DNA of 64,000 nucleotides from Strigamia acuminata (lineage: Eukaryota). The stretch is taken from positions 31,186,001 through 31,250,000 of the forward strand of contig OX442314.1 of the NCBI GenBank assembly GCA_949358305.1, written 5' to 3'. Shown piece after piece: positions 1 through 11,976 of this stretch. A program made the position numbers and the translations under genes. Positions within the stretch are counted from its first letter, which is position 1, and every line of letters starts with the position of its first letter. The notes under the pieces are model-generated. The model saw nothing but the letters and a program-made list of their open reading frames with translations. It searched no databases and was not told the DNA's origin.

Positions 1-622
1 AAAACCATCAATTTTTGTTTTGCTATATTTCAAAATGTACGACGATTGTCAATATATTTCAAAATATATTGGCATACATTTTCATACTTTTTCAAATATA
101 CCCGTATTTAAATATATTTTGCGACCATATGGGAAGGTTCAAAACCGGTTCACAAATCGAATTCAACACACCTTGCATATTTGCCATAGTTATTTCGCGA
201 GTTTTTCCACGCACACACACGAACATTCTTTCACTTCTATCGCGGCACGAATGTCCGTTCGACGCGGGGCGAGCGAAGTCCTACACGTCTCTTCACGTAG
301 CAGCAACGTTATCCTGTCGACTGGCGCCACGTCGGCTTCGTGAAGTTCGACGAAAGGAATAAACGACAACTGCAAAACAAACGAAATGGCGCTCCAGGCG
401 CCGAAACGTCATGCACACGCAACGCACTCGACACACACCAAGCCGTCGCGCCCTCACGACAAGAACGTAAGGTCATCAGAATCTCACCCTCACCCAAATA
501 ATCTCAGATAAAATAACTGAAATTTATGGGGCGCCGTTTGGGCCAAAAATAAGTCCCAGACGGTATGTTGTAAAATTAAAATATATGGTGTTTTCTTTTA
601 TGACATATAATAATCTTTTTGT

Positions 623-910
623 GTATGGGATAAAGTTTTTGGAGATGGGATAAAGTTTTTGGATGGGATAAAGTTTTTGGATGGGATATAGTTTTTGGAG
701 ATAGAATAAAGTTTTTGGATGGGATAAAGTTTTTGGAGATAGAATAAAGTTTTTGTGTATGGGATAAAGTTTTTGAATGGGATAAAGTTTTTGGAAATAG
801 AATAAAGTTTTTGTGTATGGGATAAAGTTTTTGGATGGGATAAAGTTTTTGGAGAAAGAATAAAGTTTTTGTGTATGGGATAAAGTTTTTGGATGGGATA
901 AAGTTTTTGG
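623..910. repeat. Minisatellite of 18-22 bp units (ATGGGATAAAGTTTTTGG and AGATAGAATAAAGTTTTTGTGT variants)
   Basis: Repeated units read directly in the sequence. Confidence 0.95.
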
Positions 911-1250
911 ATATAGGAAAAATCGGTTATCGGATATAGAAAAAATCGGATATCGGATATAAAAAAAATCGGATATCAAATATAGAAAAAATCGGATATC
1001 GGATATAAAAAAAATCGGATATCGGATATAGAAAAAATCGGATATCGGATATAGAAAAAATCGGTTATCGGATATAGAAAAAATCGGATATCGGATATAG
1101 AAAAAATCGGTTATCGGATATAGAAAAAATCGGATATTGGATATAGAAAAAATCGGATATCGGATATAGAAAAAATCGGATATCGGATATAGAAAAAATC
1201 GGATATCGGATATAGAAAAAATCGGATATCGGATATAGGAAAAATCGGAT
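909..1250. repeat. 23-bp minisatellite (ATCGGATATAGAAAAAATCGGAT), about 15 copies
   Basis: Direct tandem repeat abutting the previous array. Confidence 0.95.
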
Positions 1251-1310
1251 TTCGGTGCCATCTGTTACTTCTAAAAAAAATTAAAAAATTAAAGTAAAAA
1301 TTTTCACAAA

Positions 1311-1376
1311 CAGCAGGATTTGAACCTGTGTGGAAAGATTCCTAGACCATTGCCTTAACCACTGGACCACCACGAC
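1311..1376 (-). pseudogene. Degenerate tRNA-Ser-like sequence (tRNA pseudogene or SINE head)
   Basis: Minus strand GTCGTGGTGGTCCAGTGGTTAAGGCAATGGTCTAGGAATC...CAGGTTCAAATCCTGC retains A-box and B-box and resembles eukaryotic tRNA-Ser. The variable arm is shortened and the stems are imperfect. Confidence 0.6.
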
Positions 1377-1729
1377 AAACTATTATTGTCTTCATGTTGG
1401 TGAACAAAGTTCTGATGTCATGCAATCATGGAATCTCAAAAGGGGAAATGACATCATTGAATCTTAAATAAGAAAATTCAACCTGGATCTTGGAACTATT
1501 TTTTACCTAGCAACTGTTGTTTACAGTATTCATACACTAGGCCTGATTGCTCAGATTAGATGAATACACAGACAAAATAGTGCAAACTTTGAGCTCATTG
1601 TTTGCATTGTTGGCTGTTTATGGAATGAAATTATTTTAGGGTTGCATTCAGCATGATACAACAATTCTCCATGTTTATTATTACAACAATCTGTGAGTAT
1701 CTTATACATGTGTTCCCCTCGTCAGTTTA

Positions 1730-2574
1730 ATGGAGATTGAGAAAACTACCGCCGGGGAGGCAGAGATACATTTGGATATGGAAGTTCCTATTAGGAGTCG
1801 ACCATATCGTGTCCCCGAGGCGCAAGAAGCGGTGTTGAAAAAGCTTATATCAGAGATGTGTGAGGCAGGGTTGGTTTCGGAGTCAGCTTCTCCGTACTGC
1901 TCACCCTGTCTTTTAGTGCAAAAAAGGGATGGGAGCGCCCGGCTCTGTGTGGATTATCGGAAACTAAACGCACACATGGTCGGGGACGCATATCTCCTTC
2001 CGCTCCTCGAGAGCGTTACAGACCGCATAGGTCAGAATAGGGTCTTAAGTGCCCTGGATGTAAGTAATGCTTTTTGGCAAATCGGTATGAGGAAATGTGA
2101 TATTGACAAAACTGCGTTCGCCACTCCTTTCGGAAATTATGCGAGCCTTGTAATGCCACAAGGTTCTAAGGTTTCGCCAAGCTCATTTCAAAGAATAATA
2201 GATTGCGTTTTGAATGGTTTGGGACAGATATCTTTTGCATATTTAAATGATATTTTGATCTTCTTCGCTAATTTCGAACAACATTTAGCGGATGTGGCTC
2301 AGGTGTTTCAGCGTTTAAGGAAGGCCAAACTGAAGTTAAAGCCGAGTAAATGCAAATTTGCAGTGGAGGAGGCAGTATTCTTGGGGCACGTTTTCACCAA
2401 TGGCACTGTAAGGCCAATGGAAGAACGCACTAAAGCAGTGACAAAGTGTCCTCAGCCACAGAATGTTAAAGACATACAATCCTTTGTGGGATTCCTGAAT
2501 TTTTATCGGCGGTTCATACAGGATTTCGCTAAAATAGCGCAACCTCTGACCGACCTAACTCGTAAGGAAGTAAA
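1730..2574 (+). mobile_element. pol: Ty3/Gypsy reverse transcriptase fragment (inactive)
   Basis: Motifs PYRVP, RLCVDYRKLN, KTAFATPFG, SFVGFLNFYRRFI. The catalytic YxDD is mutated to YLND. Truncated at a TIR. Confidence 0.92.
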
Positions 2575-2595
2575 ACTTTTGGGACACCCTGTATA

Positions 2596-3365
2596 CAGGG
2601 TGTCCCAAAAGTCTGAACCTTCCCAAGTAATTTCCAAAATACTTGAGATATCAGAAAACTGAAGAAAAACTCAAGGGGGAAATCTTTCATTGCAAATCTG
2701 ATGGGATCCTCAAATTTGACCTCAAAGGTCATTTTCAAGGTCATTCACTTGCTAACTTCTAAACCAATCAGGTTAGAGTAAAATTTCCAATTTCAAAGTT
2801 GTAGAGAACCATCTAATTAGTCTAGAACTGTTCTTAAAAAAATTATTTCTTACTGAAAAGTTTTGAGAAAAAAGGTCTGAAACATTAGTTTACTCAGCTT
2901 TGTAACTCAGCTTTGTAACTTAAAACTATTGAGGCAACCAAGCTAATCCTCAATTAGGACACTTTATTGGGTCATACTTGTAAGTAGAAGAGAGGAAACA
3001 CAAAAGAAAGGAAATAATTTATTTTGGAAATACATTCCACATGATAGTTTTAGGTTACAAAGCTGAGTAGACTAACATTTCAAACCTTTTTTTCTCAAAA
3101 CTTTTCCGTAAGAAATAATCTTTTTAAGAACAGTTCTAGACTAATTAGATGGTTCTCTACAACTTTGAAATTGGAAATTTTACTCTAACCTGATTGGTTT
3201 AGAAGTTAGCAAGTGAATGACCTTGAAAATGACCTTTGAGGTCAAATTTGAGGATCCCATCAGATTTGCAATGAAAGATTTCCCCTATGAGTTTTTCTTC
3301 AGTTTTCTGATATCTCAAGTATTTTGGAAATTACTTGGGGAGGTTCAGACTTTTGGGACACCCTG
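2596..3365. mobile_element. Tc1/mariner-type foldback MITE
   Basis: Ends CAGGGTGTCCCAAAA...TTTTGGGACACCCTG, flanked by TA on both sides; ~310-bp inverted arms; no transposase. Confidence 0.9.
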
Positions 3366-3612
3366 TATATCTTAGGGAAAAAAAAAAAAAAAAAAAAAAC
3401 TCTTGATTCCGGGTAGATATTTTGTTTTGGTTTTATTTCTGTAGAATTACAATCTGGTTGATGTGACTCCTACGTATGACTCTCACATCAGGGTTTGGAA
3501 TGGATGCAGGATGTTGCCCTACTGAAGAGAAAAAAAAAGAGAAAAAAAAAAATACACAATGTTTGGAAGACATTTTGAGGTGATGGAGAAATCATCAGTT
3601 TTAAGCACATAC

Positions 3613-4725
3613 CGACAGAGGGGGTGTGGATTTTTAGGTGTGTACGCCGTCAAGCCACATCAACACTTTGGCGCTTTCCTCGCTGTGCTCCTTGGCCTCA
3701 TCTGGAAGGGTTGAGACCGCGGGGATGGTCGATAAAGAGGAGGTTTCCACGATGGGGGATTGCTGACCAACCGGCGGCTGAGGCGGAGCGTCGGTGGCAG
3801 GAATGATGGTTGATAAGGTGTGCCGAGTCGGAAGAGTGATGCTGACGGGATTGGTGGGCGGTACAGGAAGTAGGGTGGCCGGTTGTGATTGGGGAATGAG
3901 TTGGTGTCGAGTGGTGGAAGGAGTGCCCGGCCGACGGCTTGATAGGTTGGGGCCTGGTTTGGCGAAGGAGGGGCGTCGACGACCGCCCCGTGAAATTGCA
4001 TTGTCCAGGGTAGTGATGATTGGTGGTGTCGGGCGAAGATTGGAAAGGGCATCACCAGGGAGTCGCTCTTGTCCAAGGTACAGTTTGATCAAAATAAACA
4101 GTCCAACCGACAAGACACACGCCCAGAATACATAGGATAGAATCCAGCAGATGAGACGGAAGGTCTGAAAAGACAAAAAAGAGAAAGAAAAATATAAGAA
4201 TAAAAAGATAGATACACAAAATAAAGAAAAAAAAAATATAAATAAATAAGAAGGGAGAAGAGGAAGAGAAGAGAGGAAAAAATGACACACTTACGGTATT
4301 GCGTGGTATCTCGCGCCGGCGATAAGAGTTGGTAGTGTCAGAGACATCTCGATTTAACGTGCGCCCTCTGCTAAGGGTGGGGCTTGATGAGAGTGGAGGG
4401 TGCGACAGGGGCAAACGCGGCGACGAAGTTTTGGCGGAGGCTCCCAGGACCTCCACGGTCTCGTTAAAAATAACTCGGAGGGTTACCGGCCCCCCGCGAA
4501 TGGAGTCGGAACGGTCAAACTTCTTACGAGATGGGATGGTTGGGGGCTCGTGATTGACAAGAGCGTATAAATCTCCGCCGTAGGTGAAGGAAGCGGCAAG
4601 GTTGAGTCCTGGCTGAGCTCAATCCTTCGGAAAATTGGGTTTGAAATGGAAAGCGCCTTAGGAGTAGAGGTTCGAGGGCTCGTGCTCATGTTGTTAAGTG
4701 CAATGCAATGTTTGGATACAGCCAT
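3613..4725 (-). pseudogene. Spliced gene or pseudogene for a single-pass (type II-like) membrane protein with a Pro/Thr-rich stalk
   Basis: CCACCATGG start at 4725. A GTAAGT...TTTCAG intron (~4165-4294) joins IPRNT to TFRLICWILSYVFWACVLSVGLFILIKLYL (hydrophobic helix), then a P/T-rich stretch. Needs a frameshift near 4565 and has a TAA at 3634 before the next donor. Confidence 0.5.
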
Positions 4726-4879
4726 GGTGGAGATGGGAGTGCAACTGAGGAGGTAAAGGGATGAACGAGGGGTTTTTATTCATGGTTCGGGAATGAGGTG
4801 TGGCGGGAAGATGAGAAACCTGAAATTCTTTGATTGCCCCAATGGCAATTGGAGAAAGGAAAAGGAGGGAAGGTCAGGA

Positions 4880-6636
4880 TGTGACGGTGACGACCACAAC
4901 TCCCATTTAACAATGGTACCGGGAAGAGATCGCAATAAATAAACAGTGAATACAATACGAGATAAATACAAGACAGTTTATTGTTGGCAAACAATATGCA
5001 GTGAGCTAAATTATACATAAGACTAATGCCAACATTTGGCAAGTTAAATCAGCTATTAAACTATACAAAGAATTAGCCAACTGGCCCTAGAATAATATCA
5101 CTACGGGTCTGGAATATGGGAGCGGTTTCCCCATCGCTCGACCTGATTATAGATGTCATCTTAAGCCGGATGGCTGTGTCCTGGAGTCCGATATGGCTTC
5201 GCTGGTTTCCTTGGTTCGCTGTGTAAATTATCGCACGTCGATAAATCGAATGATCTGAGCATTGCGGTTGACTTTGTCTGCACCGCCACAACTTTGGGAG
5301 GATATTGGTGTAAGTAAATGTATTCATTTACTTATCAATATTCCGCTTATGAATTATATTTAATTCATATCGTTGTGAATTCTTATTTAGATATTTTGTG
5401 GATAAGTTGTCGTCAACTTATCGGTTACATTTGCGTCTTTGATGTAATCGTGATCGTAATTAAGTCTTCTGACTTGATTAATCAACTTGTCGCCAAGTTA
5501 ATATTTAGCTGTTATAAATAAAATGAAGATTAGGCTTCCCGTCGCAACACACAATTGCCATCGAAAGAAAATATACGCCTTGCAATGCAGAACGGTATCA
5601 AGCGTCCCCTGCGTCGCGACACGGTCGTTCGTCTGGCGATTGACGGTATCACGTACACAGGAGTCGATAGCTCGCGGCTCCGCACAGCAGTATAATCTCT
5701 CGCGGTACTAATAATAGACCGACTACTTTGGCATCGAATACCATGAGAATCAGCTTGCCAAACACTTGGTGCTACTCGTGGTTACTGTAAAACAGACTGC
5801 TTTGGCACCATCCGGTGAAGGAACTAATTCTCAACAGCAACGATGCTACTTGCGGTAACGGAATACGTTCATACCGAGAAAGACCACATGGTCCTGTCCG
5901 GAGGATACTGAATTGCACAACGGCGGGTTCTCCTTCGGCGTCGCAACCGTAAACTGTAACATTTATGCAACATAATGATCCCAGCACTTCGACTTCAATT
6001 GCCGGCGGTGGCATGATTCTGTAGAATCATGCAACGGTTCTTTGTGAATAAATCAACAAAGAACCAAAAGGTTTTTTTACGTGAACAACGAATCATATTT
6101 CTTAAGTAACAATACCAAACAGAAAATAATCAAACAGAGCTGCTGAATGGCCGGTTGTTTGGGTTTATATAACCTGACTGGATTAGGGATTAATCCAATC
6201 AACCAACTGGAACATGGGTTCCACGAATCCCTCCAATCTCGTATCACCGGAAGTGGATACTGAGGAGCAATATGCTAATTCACACCACAACCGGAACTGG
6301 ATACCCAGGACCGGAAATGGATCCACCAATCACATCGATCGGTTGATTGATGGAATATCAAATCTCCATTTCTGCTGAACTAGAGATTCCCATCACTTAG
6401 TGTGAACAATAATCATTAATATATATATTTATATTAATCCTGATAAAGTGTCGTTTCATACAAATAAATATATTCTTATATTTATTTACCAGTTTCTTAA
6501 CTCGCAATTCGAATTTACCGCTGAATTATAATCGCGCCATCTAGTGGCGACTCGGAGCATTGACAAATGCGGGTTTCGCCGAAAACACTTAAAATTCGGC
6601 CGTGTTATTAATAAATAGCACTTATAAACCGTCATA
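4880..6636 (-). repeat. 3' LTR of element 1
   Basis: Direct repeat of 15294-17050 (offset 10414). Preceded on the minus strand by PPT TTAAGGGGGA plus TG (6637-6648). Confidence 0.97.
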
Positions 6637-7140
6637 CATCCCCCTTAATTACTCAACTTATAAATTTCATTCATAAGTTTATGTTATTCTTGCGAAATGA
6701 TTTTATTAATATCTCAAAAACAGGACTTTTTTCATCCCGAACAGCTGAGTGCGTATGCGGGTGACTCAAAATAAATTTCATATTTCTGATGTGCGCAACA
6801 ATTCTTTTTTAATGAATTATCAAGAATAAAATATTATTTGGTTACAATAAAACAAACTTGGAACTTTACAACACTTAGCCTCATTTCTTCACACAATTAT
6901 TATTTCAAATAACGGGAATTTTAACATAATTTTTTGGTAAATTATTTCTTTTTAGCTTTTCATTAATGAATATTAAAAAAATTATTCTTTTTTAGGATCA
7001 TCTCTTGATTTCCTTTTAAAACATGACTTTTCATATCACAAAATGCTTATTTAAATACTAAACAGAATACTTTTGAGTTTTCGTTAATTCTAACATTTTT
7101 TTTCTTAAATTCTTTTAAATTCGGAAATTAACTCCGCGAG

Positions 7141-10100
7141 TCACTTGACTTCCTCCTCATCTGACTCGGATCCTTCGCTCTCTTTCTTAAGAGTCTCACT
7201 GGACTCGCCGACTTCGGACTTTTCTAGGGGAAGAAATTCCGCTGGTCTTCGGTCGATGACGAAATTGGGTCCTTCATCTATACCTTCTGCGGGTGGAGTT
7301 TTCGGCGCGTACTCCGGAGACCTTGGTTCATATTCTGGGGTCTTCTCAACTAACTCATAACTTTCTTCAATGACCTTCTTCGAAGCGTCGTATATCTCCG
7401 AAATGCAGGGGAGTCCGTAGAACCATGAAGGGTTTATTAATCCTCTTCCGTCGGTGTTGACTCTGTCAATTAACAGTGTCCATATGTGCTCCAGCACAGC
7501 AAAAGATTCGCCTCGATTGGCGTTAAATATCAACTTCATCACATGGACAGCATAGTTGATATTCGAGGGATCGGTAGAGTCTGAGCGCATTTGTTCCGTG
7601 ATTTTCTCGGCAATTCTAAAAAGTGTCGGAAAATAGTAGCTCACCTCGTATTCGAAGAGATGCGCTATTTTCGCTCCTGGTGGAGGGAAAAAGGGTTCCA
7701 CAAGAAGTTCATTTTCGGCTTCTTTTTCGCTCTCCTTGGATACCGTTTGACATCCTTTATCGATGACTGTCGTACTCTGTGGTTTTCGGGAACTCTCTAG
7801 AGCTTCTGGCGGAATTCTCAGATCTTGCATTTCCCTTCCTAGTGGAGTGGTTATGGCGTTCAAGAACTCCGGGCTGATGTACGGCGATCTTCCGTCGCTG
7901 GAGAGGACAATTTTACACTCCGGGCAAGTTGCCCACAACCTGGCCGGGGGAGGGTGAATTCCCATGACCACAAATGGCAGAAAGCTGGGGCGCCAAGGTT
8001 GGCCTTTGGGCCGCTTCTTTGTGCCCTCGCAATTGGAACATTGCGCCAGGTGGCCTCCGGTTCCCGATCCCGAGACCCACCCGACGGCGGAACAAAAAGG
8101 ACATGGCACTTCGTCCTTCGAGAGTACCATATCATCATGTGGTTTTCCGTTCTCTTTATTTGAAAGGATGTGAGTGGCTTTCCATACCAAATCACCGACA
8201 GTATATTCACAAATGTGAAATTTATTTCTGTGAATCTTGTCGTGTCTCTCATAATTTGCTTGAATACGCAAATGCATCTCTTGATGTGCTCGACGTAAAA
8301 TTCCAAGTAAATTATATACGTATTCTTCCGGGTTATTCTTGTCAAATGCATTTGCATGTTGAATGATCCGAGGATCAAAGGGAAGAGGTACATTTCTTCC
8401 TGTGTTCAATAAGAATGGCGTTGCGCCTGTAGCTTCTGATTTAGCCGTTCTCGAGGCAAATGCAAATTCGTTTAAGAATCTCGGCCAATGGGAGTGAATG
8501 TCTGAATAAAGAGCCAGCATTATTTTGATGTCTCTATTGGCCCTTTCCGTAGGATTGGCCTGAGCGTGATATGGACTCACATGAGCCATTCTGATGTTGT
8601 GTTTTTTACAAAACTCTTCATAAATCGTGGATATGAATTGGCTCCCGTTATCACTAACAATTTTCTTTGGGTATCCCCATCTATGAATCACTTCTCCTAA
8701 CCTATTCACAATAGATTCACTAGATGCCTTACTTAAAGGGAATAATTCTACCCATTTAGTACATTGATCTATAATTACTAATACAAATCTGTATTGGTTT
8801 CTTCCTGTCGGTTTGGGACCCATTAAATCAATGCAGATTACTTCCCACGGGTAAGACATGTTATGAGGAGTGTAACTCGCTCTATGCTTTTTATGTTGAC
8901 AGGGCTTGTATTGCTGGCAATGAATACAACTTCGGACGTAATTGCGAGTATCTTTATTCATCTTCGGCCAGTAATATATAAGTTTTGCTCGTTCGAGCGT
9001 CTTACTCATCCCTGCATGTCCACTTAATGGATGTCCGTGACAGGCAAACAGTACTCTTCGTACTAATGACGGTGGAATGACAGCTTTAAATCCGTTTCCA
9101 GAGTCATTCAATTCCTCTTCAAACGTTGGTTTGAAATAAATCAGCATTTCATTACCATTTTCTTCTTGAAAATCTAATTGGTAACCTTGGACTGCTTTCA
9201 TCCATTCTTTAGTTTTCTTAAACTTTCTTTGTTCGATTTCATCTCGTTTCAGATGATCGATTATTATTCTACACTCTTTGTCGGCTAGTTGAGCTTCTAT
9301 AATTTCTTCTCGAGTCGGTGGAACTTCCTTTAAAACTTCCGTTAAAGCACTAAATAGTGTTTCTTCTGTAGCTTCATCCATTTTCTCCCCCTTTTCCAAA
9401 GTATTGTATAATAATTTGGAATAATCGAAATGAAGCTGCACATTCGTTAGAAATTGGCAATCTTCTTTATTATTCCTTCGAATAATTTCTCGATTTCCGT
9501 CCCATTCTGGCCAGAATTGAGTAATCTCGATTGGCTCACAATAATCATTCTCTGGAATGTCTTCGATCTCCAAAGGCGCTCTCGAGAAGGCGTCGGCAAC
9601 TTGGTTCTGGGTACCCCGTCGATATTTAATCTTAAAGGCGCCACATTGAAGTTTAATTGCCCAACGACCAAATCGTCCCGATGGTTCTGGTGTTCCCATC
9701 AGCCATTTTAATGCTTCGGCGTCTGATTCCAAAGTAAATGTCGTATATTCGATATACGGTCGGAATTTGTCGACTGCCCACACTACTGCTAAACACTCGA
9801 GTTCGGGTGTTGAGTAGCGTACTTCTGCCCCTCGTAAGACTCGACTAGCATAAGCTACGGGTCTAGGAGTCATGATCATTTCTCTTTTTCCTTCATCGAA
9901 GAATTCTACATCTTGGCATAACACACTACCAAGTCCATCATGTGATGCGTCTGTCAAGATTACGAATGGTTTCATCATATCTGGCATTAACAAAACTTGT
10001 GTTTCGTCACATAAAATATTTTTTATTGTTTCAAAAGCTTTCTCTTGTTCTTCTCCCCATTCGAACACTGCTTTATCATGCATCATGCTAGTTAGAGGCC

Positions 10101-11967
10101 TAGCAATTTTTGCATGTTCGGGAATAAATTTCCGGAAGAAATTTGACAAGCCATGAAATCGTTGAATATCCTTGGAATTCTTAGGAGTTGGATATTTCCT
10201 AACGGATACTATCTTGTCTGGGTCAGGTGCTAATCCGGTTGGAGTTATCAAATGACCCAAAAATTTGAGTGTAGTTTTTCCAAATTTTGATTTTTCCTTG
10301 TTTACTGATAAGTTGGCCTTATCTAGTCTTTTCAACACATCTTTGATATGTTCCAGATGTTTCTCCCAAGTGGTGGAGAAGATTATCACGTCGTCCAAAT
10401 AGACTAACGCGTGTTTGTATAATGCTTCGCCCATCACTCGTTCCATTAAGAACTGAAATGTACACGGCGCATTGCAAAGACCAAAAGGCATGCGGACAAA
10501 TTGGTAATTGCCTTTCGGAGTATAAAAGGCTGTTTTCTGTCTATCTTCCTCGTCCATCTCGACCTGATAATAACCTTTGGTAAGGTCAAGAGACGTGAAA
10601 TATTTTGCCTGATTTGTATTGTGGAGTAACAAATCAATACTTGGCATTTGTATGGCGTTGATTTCGGTGATTGCATTCAACCACCGATAATCGATACATA
10701 AACGATAAGTACCATTTGGTTTGGCTACGATCACTGGATGACTTATGTAAGGTCCAGTAGCTCTTTCGATCAAATTATCCGCTTCTAATTCTTCTACTAA
10801 TTTAGTCATAATGGCTATTTTAGCAGGGTTATACATTCGAAATGGTTGTTTTTTCCATGTTACATCCTTTTTAAAGGTGATCTTATGCTTTATTATGTTA
10901 GTACATCCGACTTTATCTCTAAAGACGTTCTTAACACTAGCAATTACTTCGCGTAATTTACTTTTTTCCTCATCTGAACAGTCACAATCCTTTACCAGCA
11001 ATTCTTCCCAATTATCTGGCGTGTGTGTGGCTGTTGCGTTGTCAGTCAACACTTGTACTCGAGCTAAATTACAATTTAACTCGTCAGTTTCGTAGGGTGC
11101 AGTCCAGTCGGACTTGCTGTCGCAAGTAAATACAGCTCGTGCTGGATTTAAATTAATTTTGGTTCGGCGCATAAAATTATGTCCGATAATTAATCCACAC
11201 ACATTATTATCCAAAATGATAAAATTTATCGGTGTGAATTCTGCTCCATTGAATTAATATTGTACACATTGTACACATTGTACACACAAAGTAATTTGTC
11301 CTAGTGGAATATGAGTAACTCCAACTGCACAAACTCTCATGTGTTTTGGACAATCTTGTATGAAATCGGGAGATGCACAAGTTTTACTTAGTAATTGCAA
11401 CCCAATAAAACACTGTGTGGCTCCTGAGTCCATCAAAGCATTATAGGTGAGTCCACCTATTGTAATTTTCATTCGGGGGTCGTCGATGTGATTTCCCAAT
11501 TTATTAATTCGTTCGATGCCATCTTTTCGTTTTAACTGATTCTCGTTAATGTAAGATTTTAATCTCGCAAATCTGGAGGATTTGGAGTCGGGATTCAAAT
11601 TATCAATCATTGATTGTAAATTCTCGAATACTCCTCCACTAGAACTGGTGGATTCATCACGAATATTAAGATTGGATGTATCTTGTATCAATCTAGCTAA
11701 AGATTTGTCCCCCTTATCTAGAGAAAACAGGTCGTCGTGAAAATTCAAGAACGGGTTTGTTGTCTCCTCTGCCGGAAAAGGTGTATTTGATGCGATTTTA
11801 AACTTGTAATTCCAGTTTCTTTTCCGTGTCTTCCGGTTGGGACGAGCACGCTTAATTTCTTTATCTTGAATAGTTAAATTATCCAAAGTTTCGGAAAGTA
11901 CTTGTTCTAAGTCTGGTGGTAAAATTCCTTCGGAATTAATGATAGGGGGCTCGAGGACCCCCGCCAC
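7141..11967 (-). CDS. pol: pol of element 1 (protease-RT-RNase H-integrase plus extra C-terminal domain), with an in-frame TAA at 11254-11256
   Basis: LMDSGAT protease; RLCIDYR and VYLDD RT; TDAS...ELECLAVVWA RNase H; H-x6-H...CxxC and IDLMG/SDNG/ERAN integrase. ORFs 11254-11967 and 7141-11214 share one frame. Confidence 0.95.
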
Positions 11968-11976
11968 TAGTTTTTT
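11936..11976 (-). promoter_or_regulatory. -1 ribosomal frameshift signal between gag and pol
   Basis: Slippery heptamer A AAA AAC directly before the gag TAG, followed by a GGGGG-TCCTCGAG-CCCCC hairpin. The -1 frame reads into LVAGVLEPP (pol). Confidence 0.85.

Noticed and set aside
524..1261. 245-aa minus-strand ORF
   Set aside because: Translation of two minisatellites.
4880..6636. Small ORFs duplicated in both LTRs
   Set aside because: Short, with no recognisable motifs; duplicated only because the LTRs are.
7141..8143. env gene
   Set aside because: No signal peptide, furin site or TM helix; in frame with pol.
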